This document shows, in pieces, positions 15,323 to 17,531 of a stretch of DNA of 17,531 nucleotides (its first letter is position 1; each line of letters opens with the position of its first letter). Where the stretch lies: the UHGV virus genome UHGV-0065625; one strand, 5' to 3'. The notes under the pieces were generated by a model, which worked only from the letters and a program-made list of their open reading frames with translations, did not search any database and was not told the DNA's origin. Source of the stretch: a virus. The position numbers were made by a program, and so were the translations under genes.

Positions 15323-16416
15323 CAGAACCCGATTTTATTGAACTCGATGCCGATAAAATCACGGCAGAAATGATTGCGAAATATGAAGCGGATACCGGCA
15401 AAACGTTGTACCCGGCACAGGCAGAACGTCTGCTGATAGATCTGTGGGCCTATCGCGAAATGCTGGTCAGGGTGGCGGTACAGGAGGCGGCGAAGCTGAA
15501 TCTGGTCGCCTTTTCCCGGGAGCCGATGATTGATTACCTCGGAGAACTGGTTGGTGTATACCGCCTTCCCGCGCAGCCTGCCACCACCACACTTCAGTTC
15601 TCTGTGGATGAGGCACTGGCCATTGATGTGCTGATCCCGGCAGGCACCCGCGTCAGCGCTTCCGACAGCGTGATTTTTGCCACCGATACAGATGTAGTGC
15701 TGAAGGCCGGTTTGCAACTGGTCAATGCCCCTGCCACCTGTACTGAGCCGGGTACCTCTGGCAACGGCTGGCAACCGGCTCAGGTCAGTCAGCTGCTTGA
15801 TGAGATTGATAACGTTGACCTGCTGGTGACCAATCTGACGGCCAGCACTGGCGGTTCAGAGCAGGAAGACAATGACCGACTCCGGGAGCGTATCAGGCTG
15901 GCCCCGGAGTCATTCACCAATGCCGGAAGCCGTGGTGCATACCGTTTTCATGCCATGGGGGCGCATCCCAGTATTGTCGACGTCGCTGTTCTTTCTCCCG
16001 TTCCCGGTACTGTCGAGCTGTATCCACTGCTCAGCACTGGTCTGCCAGACAGCAGTATCCTCACTCTGGTAGAGAGTTTCTGTTCTGACGAAAAAGTCAG
16101 ACCACTCACTGATACCGTGCGGGCTAAAACACCTGTTCAGGTGGATTACACCATTGAAGCCAGGATTACGATCTATCGTGATCAGGATGCAATGTCGGTA
16201 AAGGACAACGCTAACAGCGCCATACAGAACTGGGTGGCATCACGTGCCGCCACGCTGGGACGCGATATTGTCCCCAGCCAGATTATCAGTGCATTGTCCG
16301 TTTCCGGGGTGTACCAGGTTGAACTGGTGACACCGGCACTGCGGGTGGTTGCAGAAAACGAATGGGCAAACTGTACGGCAATCACTCTTAACGTGACAGG
16401 GGTGTCCGATGGCTGA
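15313..16416 (+). CDS. Baseplate J-like protein (Mu gp47 / P2 gpJ-like)
   Basis: 367 codons, overlapping W at the 5' end and the I-like gene at the 3' end. Size and order match baseplate J proteins. Confidence 0.7.
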   Translation: MALTEPDFIELDADKITAEMIAKYEADTGKTLYPAQAERLLIDLWAYREMLVRVAVQEAAKLNLVAFSREPMIDYLGELVGVYRLPAQPATTTLQFSVDEALAIDVLIPAGTRVSASDSVIFATDTDVVLKAGLQLVNAPATCTEPGTSGNGWQPAQVSQLLDEIDNVDLLVTNLTASTGGSEQEDNDRLRERIRLAPESFTNAGSRGAYRFHAMGAHPSIVDVAVLSPVPGTVELYPLLSTGLPDSSILTLVESFCSDEKVRPLTDTVRAKTPVQVDYTIEARITIYRDQDAMSVKDNANSAIQNWVASRAATLGRDIVPSQIISALSVSGVYQVELVTPALRVVAENEWANCTAITLNVTGVSDG

Positions 16417-16987
16417 GGCGCTACGACTACCGCCACCGCTTGAGGGTGATATCAGTCTCAAAACGCTGGGAAGACTGGCCGAACGGCTGGATAACATCGA
16501 CCTGAGCGTACTGATGGTCTGTCTCGTCGATATCGTCGACAGTTCCGCGCTGCCATGGCTGGGCGAGCAGTTCTCGTTGTTCGGCGATGGCTGGGAACTG
16601 GCGGAATCGGACGATGTACGCCGCATGCTTATCAAATCCGCTATCGAGCTACACCGCTATAAAGGAACGCCGTGGTCAATCCGGGAAATTATCCGCCGTT
16701 TTGGCTTTGGCGAAGTAGAGCTGATAGAAGGTACGGGGCAGATCGGCTACGACGGTAAACACAGTTACAACGGACTTTTCGTCCATGGCGATGCACAAGC
16801 CTGGGCAGTCTATCGGGTCATCCTTCAACAGCCCATCACTAATGATCAGGCAGCGCTGTTACGTCAGACGCTCGCTGCCTTTGCTCCGGCTCGCTGCCAT
16901 CTGGCAAGCCTGGAATATCAGTCTGTCGCCATTCGATACAACAGTACTACCCGTTATGACGGTAGTTACAACCACGGGAGCAGTTAA
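16409..16987 (+). CDS. Tail protein I-like (baseplate/fibre attachment)
   Basis: 192 codons between the J-like and tail fibre genes; start overlaps the J stop. Confidence 0.65.
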   Translation: MAEALRLPPPLEGDISLKTLGRLAERLDNIDLSVLMVCLVDIVDSSALPWLGEQFSLFGDGWELAESDDVRRMLIKSAIELHRYKGTPWSIREIIRRFGFGEVELIEGTGQIGYDGKHSYNGLFVHGDAQAWAVYRVILQQPITNDQAALLRQTLAAFAPARCHLASLEYQSVAIRYNSTTRYDGSYNHGSS

Positions 16988-16989
16988 TT

Positions 16990-17531
16990 ATGGCAAATCT
17001 ACCTGAAACCCCACAGTGGGAAGACGGCATCTACCAGATTGAGGTCTCTGACCCCGTTCTGGGCGGGCCTGACGGAATTTCTAACCGTCAGGGTAAACAA
17101 CTGGCCAGCCGCACGCTGTACCTGAAGCAACAGGTTGAAAAAGGCGGGGCTGACCTTGCGAAACACATCGCGGCAGCAGACCCGCATGCCCAGTATGCAC
17201 CGAAAGCCAGTCCGGCATTCACCGGCACACCAACAGCACCTACACCTGCAAATGGCGATAACAGCAAAAAGCTGGCGACGACGGAGTTTGTGGCCAAAGC
17301 ACTTGCGGCGCTTGCAGGCAGCGCCCCTGAGACACTGGATACGCTTAAAGAGCTGGCTGACGCTCTCGGTAATGATCCAAACTTTGCGACTACGGTACTG
17401 AACAAGCTGGCGGAAAAGCTGGCTAAAGACCAGAACGGCGCAGATATTCCTGATCCTGCGCTGTTTGTCAAAAACCTTGGTTTGGGGGAAGGCTCTGCAC
17501 TGCCCGTTGGTGTGCCCGTTCCGTGGCCCTC
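16990..17531 (+). CDS. Tail fibre protein, 5' partial (runs off the window end)
   Basis: Frame open from ATG 16990 to the window end. Contains the conserved fibre segment ...ASPAFTGTPTAPTPA...TTEFVAKALAALAGSAPETLDTLKELADALGNDPNFATTV..., closely matching the equivalent stretch of P2 H-type fibres as I recall it. Confidence 0.75.
   Translation, partial: MANLPETPQWEDGIYQIEVSDPVLGGPDGISNRQGKQLASRTLYLKQQVEKGGADLAKHIAAADPHAQYAPKASPAFTGTPTAPTPANGDNSKKLATTEFVAKALAALAGSAPETLDTLKELADALGNDPNFATTVLNKLAEKLAKDQNGADIPDPALFVKNLGLGEGSALPVGVPVPWP

Larger units (their letters stand above)
1..17531 (+). mobile_element. Mu-like prophage late region (lysis, head and tail modules); partial, continues beyond both window ends; probably defective
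   Basis: Co-linear + strand gene order typical of Mu-like phages: endolysin, spanins, small terminase-like, large terminase, portal, F, G, I/Z, head, sheath, tube, chaperone, tape measure, hub, V, W, J-like, I-like, fibre. Overlapping stop/start codons throughout (ATGA, TAATG, TGATG). Family assignment is from gene order and recalled family motifs, not from a search. Confidence 0.7.

Noticed and set aside
1-17531. tRNA, rRNA, CRISPR repeats, integrase, transposase or attachment sites
   Set aside because: Looked for cloverleaf-compatible segments, regularly spaced direct repeats, and recombinase-like ORFs; none seen. The window appears to be wholly internal to the prophage late region.

Overview
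The window reads as one co-directional (+ strand) block of late genes from a Mu-like prophage in a moderately GC-rich, enterobacterial-type background. All calls rest on reading the translations and the DNA by eye; no database search was run. In order: a lysis cassette (SLT-type endolysin with a hydrophobic N-terminus, an embedded i-spanin/o-spanin pair, a small membrane protein), a small-terminase-like protein, large terminase, portal, F-like head morphogenesis protein, G-like virion protein, a protease/scaffold gene with a nested scaffold start, then tail sheath, tube, a frameshift-prone tail assembly chaperone, baseplate spike (V), wedge (W), J-like and I-like baseplate proteins, and the 5' part of a tail fibre gene that runs off the window. 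Genes are tightly packed with overlapping start/stop codons. Two structural regions look broken: the putative major head gene stops after 142 codons and continues in another frame, and a tape-measure N-terminal fragment (168 codons) runs directly, out of frame, into a 5'-truncated gpD-like baseplate hub gene. So the prophage is probably defective. The most interesting feature is a roughly 1 kb island of visibly lower G+C inserted between the spike (V) and wedge (W) genes. It carries its own extended -10 promoter-like element and a single 291-codon ORF whose C-terminal half has a textbook PD-(D/E)xK nuclease motif (D208 ... E219-T-K221) behind an N-terminal domain I cannot assign. I consider it a candidate single-gene cargo/defence (abortive-infection-like) module; this is inference only. 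A second possible moron (93-codon ORF followed by an intrinsic terminator) sits between the tube and chaperone genes. No tRNA, rRNA, CRISPR array, integrase or transposase was recognised in the window.
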